Position numbers and translations under genes: made by a program. DNA of 64,000 bases from an uncultured Chloroflexia bacterium (GTDB taxonomy: Bacteria > Chloroflexota > Dehalococcoidia > DSTF01 > JACRBR01): positions 82,258 to 146,257 of the forward strand of contig CAVTNG010000010.1 of the NCBI GenBank assembly GCA_963736015.1. The letters are read 5' to 3'. How positions within the stretch are numbered: position 1 is the stretch's first letter; each line of letters starts with the position of its first letter. Below the pieces are notes generated by a model. It was not told the DNA's origin and did not search any database. It saw only the letters and a list, made by a program, of their open reading frames with translations. Below, in pieces: positions 12,127-22,890 of this stretch.

Positions 12127-13339
12127 GGTTCTACGAGTTCGAGGCGAAGGCGCTGATGCGCGAAGACCGGCGTCCCGACCTCGAAGGGCGGCACGGCGAC
12201 GACGGCCGACGAAGCGGCGCGGATCGCGGTGGAGGTCGGCGGCGAGCTCGTGCTCAAGTCGCAGGTGCTGTCGCGGCGGCCGCATGAAGGCCGGTGGCGT
12301 GAAGTTCGCGTCGTCGCCCGGACGACGCGCGCGCCGGCGGCCGAGCACATCCTCAAGCTCGAGATCGGCGGCCAGATGCCGCGCTGCGTGCTCGTCGAGT
12401 CGAAGCAGCCCGTGAAGCAGGAGTACTACGCCGGCGTCATCTACGACGCCGTCGCGAAGCTGCCGGTCGCCATCTTCAGCGACATGGGCGGCATCGACAT
12501 CGAGGAGGTGGCCGAGAAGCACCCGGAGCACGTCGCGCGCGCGCATTTCTCGACGTTTCAGCCGCTGCAGGAGTTCAAGTTCAAGGAGCTGGTGGCGTCG
12601 CTCGGCATCACGTGGCAACGAGCTGAACCAGCTCTCGCGCATCGTCGCTCGGCTCGCGCAGGCGTTCCTGCCGATACGGCCTGACGCTGGCCGAGATCAA
12701 CCCGCTCGCGCAGCCTCGAGGATGGCAGCTTCATCGCGCTCGACTCGCACTGCGACATGGAGGAGGAGGCGCGCGACCAGCAGAAGGCGCGTGCTCGCCG
12801 AGCTCGGCATCGGCCGCGAGGAGACGCGCCAGGCACGCCCGCCCACGCCGTTCGAGGTGCGCGGCGCGGAAGTCGATGCGTCGGACCACCGCGGCGTCGC
12901 CGGCCGAGTCGTCGAGTTCGACGGCAACCTCGGCTGCGTGATCGGCGCCGGCGGCGGCAGCCTCACCATCTTCGACGCGCTGCGCAAGCACGGCGGCAAG
13001 CCCGCCAACTACTGCGAGATCGGTGGCAACCCGAGCGTACGCAAGGCGTGCGAGCTGACGAAGCTGATCCTCAGCAAGCCCGGCGTCGAGAAGATCTGCG
13101 TGATCATGAACGTCGTCAGCAACACCCGCGTCGACATCGTCGCCCGCGGCGTGATCAAGGGCGTCGTCGAGAGCGGCTACGACCCCGCCGAGAAGATCGC
13201 CATCTTCCGCATACCCGGCTCGTGGGAGGACGACGGCTACAAGATCCTCGAGAAGTACGGCGTCGAATATGCCGACCGCACCGTCCCGATGTCAGAGGCG
13301 GCGCGCCGCGCCGTCGAGAAGACGAAAGCGACTGTCTAG
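12123..13339 (+). CDS. sucC: ADP-forming succinate/malate-CoA ligase beta subunit-like (ATP-grasp) (frameshifted as given)
   Basis: MRFYEFEAKALM, VLKSQVLSGGR-like, QEYYAGVIYD, INPL and GNLGCVIGAGGGSLTIFDALRKHGGKPANYCEIGGNPS...KICVIMNVVSNTRVDIVARGVIKGV. The ATG overlaps the RidA stop. Confidence 0.8.
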
Positions 13340-13342
13340 CCG

Positions 13343-14258
13343 ATGTCGATCCTGATCGACGAGAACACCACCTTCATCATCCAGGGCATCACCGGCCGCG
13401 AGGCGGTGTCATGACCCGCGAATGTCTCGACTACGGCTCGAGGCTCGTCGGCGGTGTCACGCCGGGCCGCGGTGGGCGCGACGTACACGGCGTGCCCGTG
13501 TACGACACCGTGAGCGAGATCACATCGAAGCAGCGCGTCGATGCGTCAGTGCTGATCCGTGCCGCCGCCCGCCGTGCGCGACGCCGCGTTCGAGGCGATC
13601 GAGAACGGCATCAAACTGCTCGTCATCGTCACCGAGCGCATCCCGCGGCTGGAGGTGGCGCAGATCATCGAGTATGGCGAATGGCGTACGGCGCGAGGCT
13701 CATCGGCCCGAACTGTCTCGGTGTGATGTCGCCGGGCGAGAGTCACGCGTGGGCGGCATGGGCGGCGCGGCTGTCGCGGCGCGGCGGGCGTACCAGCCCG
13801 GGCCGATCGGCATGATGTCGCGCTCGGGCGGCATGACGACGGAGATCTCGAACGCGCTCACCGCCTCGGGCCTCGGCCAGAGCACCGCCGTGAGCATCGG
13901 CGGCGACGCCATCGTCGGCTCGACGTATGCAGAGCTGATGCCGCTGTTCGAGGCCGATCCCGATACGAAGGCCATCGTCATCTACAGCGAGCCAGGCGGC
14001 CCGATGGAGGCCCAGCTCGCGCGGTACGTGAAGGAATCGAAGTCGCGGCTGCCCATCGTCGCCTTCATGGCGGGCCGCTTCATGGACGAGATGCCCGGCA
14101 TGCGCTTCGGCCACGCCGGCACCATCGTCGAGGGCCGCGCCGACACGACGGCCGGAGAAGATCGCGCGCATGAAGGACGCCGGAATCTCCGTCGCCGAAG
14201 AGATCGCAGGAGATCCCGGGCATCGTCAAGCGCGCGCCTGGCCGAGGCGGGAGCATGA
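13343..14258 (+). CDS. sucD: Succinate/malate-CoA ligase alpha subunit-like (frameshifted as given)
   Basis: MSILIDENTTFIIQGITGREA, VGGVTPGRGG, IGMMSRSGGMTTEISNALTASGLGQSTAVSIGGD, KAIVIYSEPGG and the phospho-His loop RFGHAGTIVEG. Confidence 0.8.
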
Positions 14259-14513
14259 CCGCGGTGACCGGTTCGGGCATGTTCATCCGCGTCGAAGTCG
14301 ACGAGTCCATCGCATCGGATCGCGACATCGCAACGAAGCTGGCTGGCGTGTGCCCGGTTGATATCTTCGCCGAGCGCGAGCGGTCGCGTCGCCATCGTCG
14401 ATGCCAACCTCGATGAGTGTATCCTTTGCGGCCTCTGTCTCGAGGTCGGCGCGAAGGGTGCCGTCCGCGTCGTCAAGCTCTACGACAACGGCGCGTTGCT
14501 TGAGGCGCCGTAG
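14255..14513 (+). CDS. Small 4Fe-4S ferredoxin-like protein (one frame change)
   Basis: MTAVTGSGMFIRVEVDESI...LAGVCPVDIF then VAIVDANLDECILCGLCLEVG...VKLYDNG. CxxCxxC plus a distal CP. The ATG overlaps the sucD-like stop (ATGA). Confidence 0.45.
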
Positions 14514-14542
14514 CCCGCGCCGGCCTAGGCCATCCCAGCACA

Positions 14543-14968
14543 ATGCCCATCATCGAAATCATTCAAGGATCGCTGCTGCAGGCAGATGCCGATCGGGACA
14601 TCTTCGACAAGCTCCATGCGCGCCGCCTCTCGCGTGCAATGGTCATCGACCTATGCGGCGTTGACGACCTGGCGAGCGCGGACGGCGGGCACGCTGCCTA
14701 CATTCGGTGGCCCATCGAAGACGGCGATGTGCCCGATCGCGGCATGCTGCTCGCGCTTGAGATCGCAGCCGCGCGGTTCATCGACGCCGGCGGTTGCGTG
14801 GTGACGATGTGCAGCATGGGCCGGAACCGCTCAGGCCTGCTGTCGGCGCTGATACTCACGCGACTGCGCAGGATGTCCGGCCGCGAGGCACTAGAGTTCG
14901 TGCGGAAGAAGGTGCCCGAAGCGCTGACGAACGAAGCGTTTGCAGCCTACCTCGAGCGCGAACGATAG
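14543..14968 (+). CDS. Dual-specificity/Tyr protein phosphatase family protein
   Basis: 141 aa with the C-x5-R active-site loop VTMCSMGRNRSG. Confidence 0.7.
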   Translation: MPIIEIIQGSLLQADADRDIFDKLHARRLSRAMVIDLCGVDDLASADGGHAAYIRWPIEDGDVPDRGMLLALEIAAARFIDAGGCVVTMCSMGRNRSGLLSALILTRLRRMSGREALEFVRKKVPEALTNEAFAAYLERER

Positions 14969-15030
14969 TGGCCGTCGCCGATTGCACGAGCTGAGGGCCG
15001 GCGGCTGACAGCTGACGGCTACATCTGCGC

Positions 15031-15497
15031 TCAGGCCGAGATCGCGCTCGGGAACCGCGTCTGGAAATCGAGGATGCAGACGTAGGTCGGCGTGATCGCG
15101 ATCCGTCCGGTCGTCGATGTCATCGCCGCGACGTTCTTGCACCACGCTTCGCCCTGCTCTTCGCCGAAGTAGCGCGCTGCCGCGCGCCGGTACTCCTCCG
15201 CAATGCCCTCGACCGTCGACACCGATGCCGTGCCGCGGACCAGGAGCACATTGTGAGGAAGTCATCGCTGTCGATGGTGAGAGCCACCGGCGAGCCGTCG
15301 TGGATGGCCTTAAGCTTCGGCGCCTTCGGCGGTGAGACGACGACGACCTCCCTGCCGTTCCAGTGGAACCAGATCGGGACGACGCGCGGCGTGCCATCGA
15401 GCCAGTTATAGGCGAGGCGCGCCGGGATCTTCGACTGCAGGAGTTTCTGGGCGACGGGATCCTTGAGAAGAGCGACGTCTCCTTGCGGGGCCGGCAT
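15031..15497 (-). CDS. Pyridoxamine 5'-phosphate oxidase-like (PPOX/F420-type split-barrel) protein (one frame change)
   Basis: LLKDPVAQKLLQSKIPARLAYNWLDGTPRVVPIWFHWNGREVVVVSP...LTIDSDD and LLVRGTASV...ITPTYVCILDF. Confidence 0.6.
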
Positions 15498-15648
15498 GGC
15501 ATCTCTCCTTTCGCACTGGAAGGATGCGATAGTACGCCGATCCCCGGTAGGCGCAACCCGGTTGAGTTCCGGCGCTCGACCTGAAGCGTGTTGAGTCGAG
15601 CGCGGGCGGCCTCGACTGCCGAGTGCGGTAACCAGCGTCACTCGACCG

Positions 15649-17109
15649 CTACAGGAAGGCGTAGACCTGCTTCCGCTCGCCCTCGGCAACGCCCGTGCGC
15701 ACCGCGGCCGCGGCCACTTCCTTCGCGACGTTCTTGAAGACCGACGAGTGGAACACGCTCGGGATCACGTACTCCGCGCTCAGTTCGCTCTTGCTCACCG
15801 CGCCGGCGATCGCCTCCGCGCGCTGCCAGCTTCATCTCCTCGTTGATCTCCCTCGCCCGCACATCCAGCACGCCGCGGAACAGGCCCGGGAAGCAAAGCA
15901 CGTTGTTGATCTGGTTCGGGAAGTCGCGAGCGGCCGGTCGCCATCACAGCGACGTGCGACCCGGCCACTTCGGGCCGGATCTCCGGGTCAGGGTTTGCCA
16001 TCGCCATCACGATCGGGATCGCGCTTCATCTTCTTGATGTCGTCGACGGTGATCATGTTCGGCCCTGCGAGGCCCAGGAACAGGTCCGCGTCCTCCATCG
16101 CGTCACTGACACTGCCGCTGACGCCCTCGAGGTTCGTGTTGTCAGCGAACCACTCCTTCATGAAGTTCATGCCCTCGGTGCGGCCCTTGTGGATGATTCC
16201 AGTGCGGTCGACGCCGATGATGTTCTTCACGCCGGCTGACATGAGGATCTTCGAGCACGCCACGCCCGCCGCGCCAACGCCCAGCACAACGACCTTCAGG
16301 TCCTGAGGCTCCTTCTTCACGATGCGCAGCGAATTGAGCAGCGCCGCCAGCACGACCACGGCCGTTCCGTGCTGGTCGTCGTGGAAGACGGGGATGTCCA
16401 TCTCTTTCTTCAGCCGGTCCTCGATGTAGAAGCACCGCGGCGCCGAGATGTCCTCCAGGTTGATGCCGCCGAAGCCCGGCGCAATCGCCTTCGTGATCTC
16501 GACGATCTCATCCGGATCCTTCGTGTCGAGGCAGATCGGCCACGCGTCGACGCCGCCGAACGTCTTGAAGAGCATCGCCTTGCCCTCCATGACCGGCATC
16601 GCCGCCTTCGGACCCAGGTCGCCCAGCCCGAGGATCGCCGTCCCGTCGCTGACGACGGCGACGGTGTTGCACTTGATCGTCATCGAGTACGCCGCTTCGG
16701 GGTCCTTGTCGATCGCGAGGCACACGCGCGCGACCCCGGGCGTGTACACGACGGACAGGTCGCGCCGGCTCGTCACCGGCACCTTGTTGCGGATTTCGAT
16801 CTTGCCGCCGCGGTGGCTCAGGAAGACGCGGTCAGCGACGCCCTTGACGCTGACGCCGCGGATCGCCTTCACCCGCTCGACGATCTCCCGCGCGTGGTCG
16901 CTGTCGCGCGCCGAAACGGTGACGTCCCGGACGATCGTGCTCGGCGTGGAGCGTACGACGTCGATGTCGCCGATGTTGCCGCCGCAGTCGCCCACGGCAG
17001 CCGCAATTTGGCCCAGCATCCCCGGTTTGTTCGGGTACTGGGCCTGGAAGCTGAACGTGTAGGTCGCCGCCGGCAGATCGGCCGCGCGCGCGCCATTTTT
17101 CCGCGCCAT
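15649..17109 (-). CDS. NAD(P)-dependent malic enzyme with N-terminal ACT domain (frameshifted near the 3' end)
   Basis: ACT-like N-terminus [28 protein letters not shown]. Also [89 protein letters not shown] and [17 protein letters not shown]. Confidence 0.85.
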
Positions 17110-17234
17110 GTTGGGTGCCTCGCTTTCTCGATGGGCGCACCATTCTAGGCGCGGCTTCGAGTAGCGGCTAGATGCCATATGTCCCTCTTAACGCCCCTCG
17201 TGCTTGCGCGTCGAACTCGGCGGGCGTAGTGTCG

Positions 17235-18126
17235 ATGCAAGATTTATCGCTGCAATCGGAGGCATCAATGGTCAACGGAGCGAGCACGGGCCGCGTCACG
17301 GTGGAGAACGATGTCGTCTTCGGCAAAGGCGGCGACCGTGAGCTGAAGTGCAACGTGTACTGGCCGCCGCAGCAAGGCGACCGACGCCCCGCGCTGTTGC
17401 TCGTCCACGGCGGCGGCTGGACCGGCGGCGACCGAAGCCAGCTCCACGGATACGGCATTCTGCTCGGGCGCCTCGGCTACGTCTGCGTCGCGACCGAGTA
17501 CCGCCTGGCGCCCGCATCGAAGTGGCCCGCGCAGATCCACGACGTGAAGGCGTGTCTCCGCTGGATGCGCGCCAACGCATCGCACCTCGGTATCGACCCG
17601 CAGAAGATCGCGGTCTCAGGCAACTCCGCCGGCGGGCATCTCTCGCTCATGCTGGCGGGCACGCAGAACATGCCCGAGTTCGAGGGCGACGGCGGCAACG
17701 CCGGCGTTGGGACGGAGGTCGCCGCGCCGCATCGCCTTCTACGCGCCGGCGCAGCTCTACGGCAGCGACCGGCTCGGGCGCGAGATGTCCTTTCTGTTCG
17801 GCGACGGCTACGGCGAGGACGTCGCGCGCGGTGCGAGCCCGATCGATCACGTGAAGGCGTCGTTTCCGCCGACGCTGCTGATCACCGGCAACCAGGACGA
17901 GCTGGTGCCCGTCGAGTCGAGCTTCAAAATGTACCGGGCGATCACGGACGCCGGAGCGAAGGCGGAGCTGCACGTCTACGAGGGCGCGCCGCACGGCTTC
18001 GATGCCATGCGCGAGTTTGGTCGCCAGTGCGCCGATGTCATGACGTTGTTCCTCGACCGCCACGTCGCCAACCCGCGCATGGTAGTGAAAGACGGCGATG
18101 TGCTGACCTACGCCTCTGCCCGCTGA
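17235..18126 (+). CDS. Alpha/beta-hydrolase fold-3 carboxylesterase/lipase (one frame change)
   Basis: Oxyanion motif LLVHGGGW, nucleophile elbow GNSAGGHLS, then LITGNQDELVP and APHGF. Confidence 0.75.
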
Positions 18127-18373
18127 TCGCGCGATGGCCGCCATCCACGTCGACGGACGCCGGCTCCAGCGATGTACGCATCTCCATGCTCGTCACGCGT
18201 CGACGCCATCGAGGGCCGCTCGCCGAGGCCCACTGGACCGGACGAGCCTCGCTACGTCGTCACCGCGACGACACGTCCCGACGGAGTCGTGGCCTGTCAT
18301 GTCCGAGCGAGCGAGGAACTCTCGTGCGCCTCGATGCTGCACCTTGATACCACCATGCGCGCGTCGCCGTGCG

Positions 18374-18887
18374 TCATCCCGAATACGTCCAGCCCAGGTC
18401 ATCATCGCGCAGCGGCCGCCCATGGTTGATCTGCCCGCCGTCCGTGATCCGGGCAACGACGAGCGTGTGGTCGCCCGTCGGGTAGGCCGCCTTCAACCTC
18501 GCACTCGTACCAGGCAAGCGCGTCCTTGAGGACCGGGCAGCCCGTCGCCATCACCTTGTGCGGCACGCCCGCGAGCTTGTCGATCGTCGCCCGGACCGAT
18601 CGCATGGCGCCCCGCACCTTGCTCGGGTTCGCCGGCTGCAGGAACGACGCGATCAACTCGTGGCTGTCGTCGCCCATGACGTTGACGCTGAACACCCGCG
18701 TCTCGCGCACGTTCGCCAGCGTGCGCGCGTCGTTCTCCAGCGAGAGCGCCACCATGCGCGGCTTGAACGACACCTGCATCAGCCAGTGCGCCGCCATCAC
18801 GTTCAGCCCCATCGGCCCTCGCGAGCCGATGACGTACATGCCGTAGTTCATCATGTCGAGTGCGGCGCGGGCGTCTTCTTCAGGCAT
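18374..18887 (-). CDS. Flavin reductase-like (FMN-binding split barrel) domain protein (one frame change near the 3' end)
   Basis: MNYGMYVIGSRG...NVMAAHWLMQVSFKPRMVALSLEND, FSVNV and the C-terminal GDHTLVVARI after a frame switch. GGAG SD upstream of ATG 18887. Confidence 0.7.
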
Positions 18888-19022
18888 CAGATACTCCTGC
18901 GCGGTGTGTCCGATTGTATCGAGGCGCCACCTGGCGAGTCCGGACACGGCTCGCGCCATCCTGCATTCCCGGCGCTGGCGCTCCACTCCAACGCTGATGC
19001 CTGCAGTCCGCACACTCATCCC

Positions 19023-19069
19023 GTCATTCCGAGCGTAGCGAGGAATCTTCCTCGGCCGCCTCGACCGCC
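19023..19069 (+). repeat. Second copy of the GTCATTCCGAGCGTAGCGAGGAA...GGCCGCCTCGACCGCC repeat
   Basis: Near-identical to 6162-6211. Contains the internal palindrome CGAGGAA-TC-TTCCTCG. Confidence 0.6.
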
Positions 19070-19185
19070 TCGGGCGCGATGATCCGGCCGCAACGCCCAC
19101 AAGCCCGAACCAATGGCTCCGCGCGACCGCCGATCGCGTCGCACGTCGCAATCATCCGGATTCTGCGATACTGAAGCCGTCTCGA

Positions 19186-19214
19186 TTGACACGCCCGCCC
19201 CAAATAGATATTTT
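19186..19214 (+). promoter_or_regulatory. Candidate sigma70-type promoter of the P450 gene (TTGACA-17 nt-TATTTT) overlapping an AT-rich palindrome AAATA-GA-TATTT
   Basis: Hexamers read directly; 44 nt upstream of ATG 19258. This is the only AT-rich patch in the intergenic region. Confidence 0.35.
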
Positions 19215-19257
19215 GGCATCGACGAAATATTGCGTCGCAGCGAAACGGAGAGCCGCG

Positions 19258-20476
19258 ATGAGCGAGACTTCAGCCAGCACGACCGCACAGGCGGACGCAC
19301 CCGCACCGGAGGGCGGCCCGGCCGGATTCTTCGATTCGGCATTTTCGAGCAACCCGTACCCACTCTTCGCCGGGCTGAGGGCGAACACACCGGTCATGCA
19401 CGCCCCCGAGCCGGGCCTCTGGATCGTCACGCGCTACGACGACGTCCTGCGCATCCTCCGCGACTGGGAGACCTTCTCCTCCGTCGTCGGCGACACGCCC
19501 GGAAGGTGAGGAGCGGTCGCCGTCGATCCTCTTCGACGACCCGCCGATCCACACCCGCATGCGCGGCCTGCTCACTAAGGCCTTCACGCCGCGCGTCGTC
19601 GAGGAGCAGCGCGATGCCATCGAAGAGAACGCCGGCCGCATGATCGACGACATGCTCGCGCAGGACGAGCCCGACCTCATCGCCTCCCTCGCATACCCGC
19701 TGCCGGTGATGGTGATCGCCGGCATGCTCGGCGTGCAGGACGGCGACATGGCGACCTTCAAGCGCTGGTCCGATGCGATCATCCAGAACGTCGGCAACGC
19801 CATCTTCACCGGCGACCAGAGCGCCATCGAGGACGTGAACCGCGAGTTCGACGAGTACTTCGGCGCGCGCCTGAACAAGCTTCGTCAGGAGCCGGAGGAC
19901 AACCTGCTGAGCGAGCTGGTGCACGCCGTCGGCGAAGATGGCAGCCGCCTCAGCCAGGCCGACCTCCTGCTCGTCTGTCGCGTGCTGCTCGTCGCCGGCA
20001 ATGAGACGACGACGGGGCTGATCGTGAACTCAATCCGAGCGTTCTCAGAGTTCCCGGACGAGATGCTGCGCGTGAAGACTCACCCGGAGCTGATCCCGTC
20101 CGCGATTGAGGAGTCGCTGCGATACTACGCCCCGTTCCCCGCGACATTCCGCCGCACGACGCGCGACGTCGAGGTGGCGGGCGCGATGATCCCGAAGGGA
20201 GCCCGCGTGCTGCCGATGCTCGCGTCCGCCAACCGTGACGAGACGCAGTTCACGCGATCCCGACAGACTTCATCGCCGACCGCGAGCCGAACCGGCATGT
20301 CGGCTTCGGCATGGGCATCCATTACTGCCTGGGCGCCCCGCTTGCCCGCCTCGAGGGGCAATCGCGATGCAGAAGTCTGCTGCCGCGCATCACCGGCCTC
20401 CAGATCGAGGACAAGGACCGAGGACGTCCTGGCCCGTGGGCCGGAACGGCTGCGCGTGCGGTCATCCGACGGCTAG
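19258..20476 (+). CDS. Cytochrome P450 (frameshifted as given)
   Basis: ILFDDPPIHTRMR, I-helix LLVAGNETT, K-helix EESLR and heme loop FGMGIHYCLGAPLA (FxxGxHxCxG). Confidence 0.85.
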
Positions 20477-20546
20477 CACGCCGAATCGCTCGTGTCAGTA
20501 GCTTCGAGGCTGGACCGCGCCACGTTCGGGCGTGGTCGGGTACTGG

Positions 20547-21546
20547 CTAGTGCGGCGCCAGTGCGCGCATCATCTCCACCGACTGCGCGGCTCGCCCTGC
20601 GGGGTCCGGCGCCGAGGCGATGAAGTTCAGCGCCGGCACCGTCACGCCGTTGTCCACGTACGCCTGGATCTTCTTCCGGCACGTCTCCGCGTTCGCCGTA
20701 GACCAGCAGCCGCTCGATCATCTCGCGCGGGATCGCCGCCGTCGCGGCCTTGCGGTCGCCCGCGACCACGCCTCCCACATCGGCGCCAGGGCCGATGCGT
20801 TGCCGAGCCAGTCGTGGAAGGCCGCGTAGACGGGCACGTTGAGGTAGGCCGCGATCATCCGTCGCCCGAGGAAGTCGACGATGTTCTCGTCCTCGATCAT
20901 GCAGACGAAGATGCGGCAGACGACCGTCGAGTTGTCGCGGATCTCGACCGGCCCCACGCGCTCCCTCGCGCGCCGCCTCGACGCACTTCGGCACGTCGTC
21001 CGCCCCGAGCCAGTTGATGATCGCGCCGTCCGACTCCGCGCCCGCCAGCCGCAGCATGCGCTCCCGCAGCGCGGCGATGTACACGGGCGGCGGCGGCGCC
21101 AGCCGTCGCGACAGCCGGAAGCCGTCCGAGCGCGCCGTCTCGAGCTGCGTGCTCACCTTGTCGCCGCGAGAGCATCTCCTGCACCAGGCGATTGACGTCG
21201 CGCACCTTCCGGTACGGCAGGTCGAACGGCACCCCTCCCCAGCGTTCGACGATGACCGACGATCCCGCGCCGATCCCAGCGCGAACCGCCCCGGCGCCGC
21301 CTCCGCGATCGCGTTCGCCGAGATCGCGAGTGTCAGCGGTGCGCGGGTGTAGACGTTGGCGATCGCCGTCCCGAGCCGCAGCTTCTCCGTCCACGCGGCC
21401 GCCAGAGCGAGCGGCGTGAAGCAGTCAACGCCGTCGATCTCGTACGACCACGCGTCGGTGTAGCCGAGCCGCTCCGCCTCCTGCAGCGCGTCGCGATGCT
21501 CGTGCAGCGCCAGCCCATCGAATGGAAACGTGAATCCGTACGCCAT
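20547..21546 (-). CDS. Luciferase-like (LLM class, flavin/F420-dependent) oxidoreductase (frameshifted as given)
   Basis: MAYGFTFPFDGLALHEHRDALQEAERLGYTDAWSYEIDGVDCFTPLALAAAWTEKLRLGTAIANVYTRAPLTLA and GRFALGIGAGS. C-terminus ...VTVPALNFIASAPD. Confidence 0.7.
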
Positions 21547-21644
21547 GCGCGGATGATAGGGAAGCCGGCAGCAACGCGCGAGATCGCGGCGTTCGTTAGC
21601 GGTCCGGCGAACCAGCGGGCATACTCCCTGCGACGGAGGACGCC

Positions 21645-22147
21645 ATGGAGCCGTACAAGACCATCATCTCGAAGCGGGACACACGCGTGTTCACGGAGCA
21701 GCGGGTACCGGAGGACCTCGTCCGGCGCATCGTCCAGGCCGGGCGCATGGCGGGCAGCTCGAAGAACACGCAGCCGTGCCGCTTCGTCGTCATCGACGAT
21801 CCAGTCGCAGAAGGAAGCGATCACCACCTGCGGTGACTTCGCGGCGTGGGCCCCGAAGGCGCCGCTGCTCATCGCCGTTGCGGCGTCGGAACGCAGCCCC
21901 CGCGTCGAGTTCGACGCCGGGCGCGCCGCGCAGAACATGATGGTCGCCGCCTGGTCCGAGGGCGTGTCGTCCTGCCCGATGTCGATGCACCGCCAGGACT
22001 GTGCCCGCGAGACGCTCGGACTCGGGCCGGAGATTCCACGTCAGCGCCGTCATCGGCTTCGGCTATCCGGCCCGCGAGCCCAAGCACGTCCCCGAGGCGG
22101 CGCGCCTGCCGTTCGACGACTACGTGCGCCGCAACCGCTGGTCCTAG
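21645..22147 (+). CDS. Nitroreductase family protein (frameshifted as given)
   Basis: MEPYKTIISKRDTRVFTEQRVPEDLVRRIVQAGRMAGSSKNTQPCRFVVIDD, FDAGRAAQNMMVAAWSEGVSSCPM and IGFGYPA. Confidence 0.7.
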
Positions 22148-22152
22148 CCGCG

Positions 22153-22890
22153 ATGTTCATCGTCACCGGCAGCGGCCGCTCCGGTACCAGTGCCGTCGCG
22201 AAGCTGCTGCACGACGCCGGCCTCAGCGTCGGCCACGACCTCATCGCGGCAGACGAGGGCAACGCCGAGGGCTACTACGAAGAGCGCGCGCTGATTGAGC
22301 TGAACCAGCACATCCTCAACGCCTGTCGCCTCGACGAGCGCTTCGCAACCGCATCACGCGCCGACGTGCTGGCCGGTGCCGCCGAGTGGTCCGAGCCAAT
22401 GTGCTCGCTAGCGGAGCGAGCGACTCCGGCATGGAAGGATCCGCGCTTCTGCTGGACGCTCGAGGCGTGGCTGCCGTTGCTCGCCGAGCCGCCCCGGATC
22501 ATCGTCTGCCTGCGCTCTCCCGCCGAGGTCGTCGCATCTGTGATGCACTACTACGGCCTGGTAGACGCCGAGGCGCGCCGCTCCGTCGAGCACGCGTGGC
22601 TGTCCCAGTACGAGCGGTTGCTCGAGGTCATCGACGCGTACGGCCTGGAAGCGACGTCAGTGGAGTACAGCGCGCTCCACGGCCGCACAGGGCCGACCGT
22701 CGCCGCGCTCAGCCGCTTCGTGGGTCGCGAGCTCGACTCGGGCGCCGTGCGCACCGACCTGCGCCATCACCGCAAGCCCGTGCCCAGGCGCATGCGCGAG
22801 ATGTACGACCGTGTGCGGGCCTTAGGTGGCGCGCCGGCGATCAGGCGTGGTGGCGGCGCACGAAGAGCGTCAGTCCCTTCGCGCTCGTAA
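22153..22890 (+). CDS. Sulfotransferase-family protein
   Basis: 5'-PSB-like loop TGSGRSGTS and 3'-PB-like LRSPAEVVAS. Intact ORF. The last 50 nt overlap the convergent nfeD-like gene, so the true stop could be earlier. Confidence 0.5.
   Translation: MFIVTGSGRSGTSAVAKLLHDAGLSVGHDLIAADEGNAEGYYEERALIELNQHILNACRLDERFATASRADVLAGAAEWSEPMCSLAERATPAWKDPRFCWTLEAWLPLLAEPPRIIVCLRSPAEVVASVMHYYGLVDAEARRSVEHAWLSQYERLLEVIDAYGLEATSVEYSALHGRTGPTVAALSRFVGRELDSGAVRTDLRHHRKPVPRRMREMYDRVRALGGAPAIRRGGGARRASVPSRS

Noticed and set aside
13343-14513. A true SucD-ferredoxin fusion protein
   Set aside because: One frame reads through, but the best C-terminus for SucD (…IVKRALAEAGA-stop) plus the ATGA overlap argues for two coupled genes. 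It cannot be settled without error-corrected sequence.
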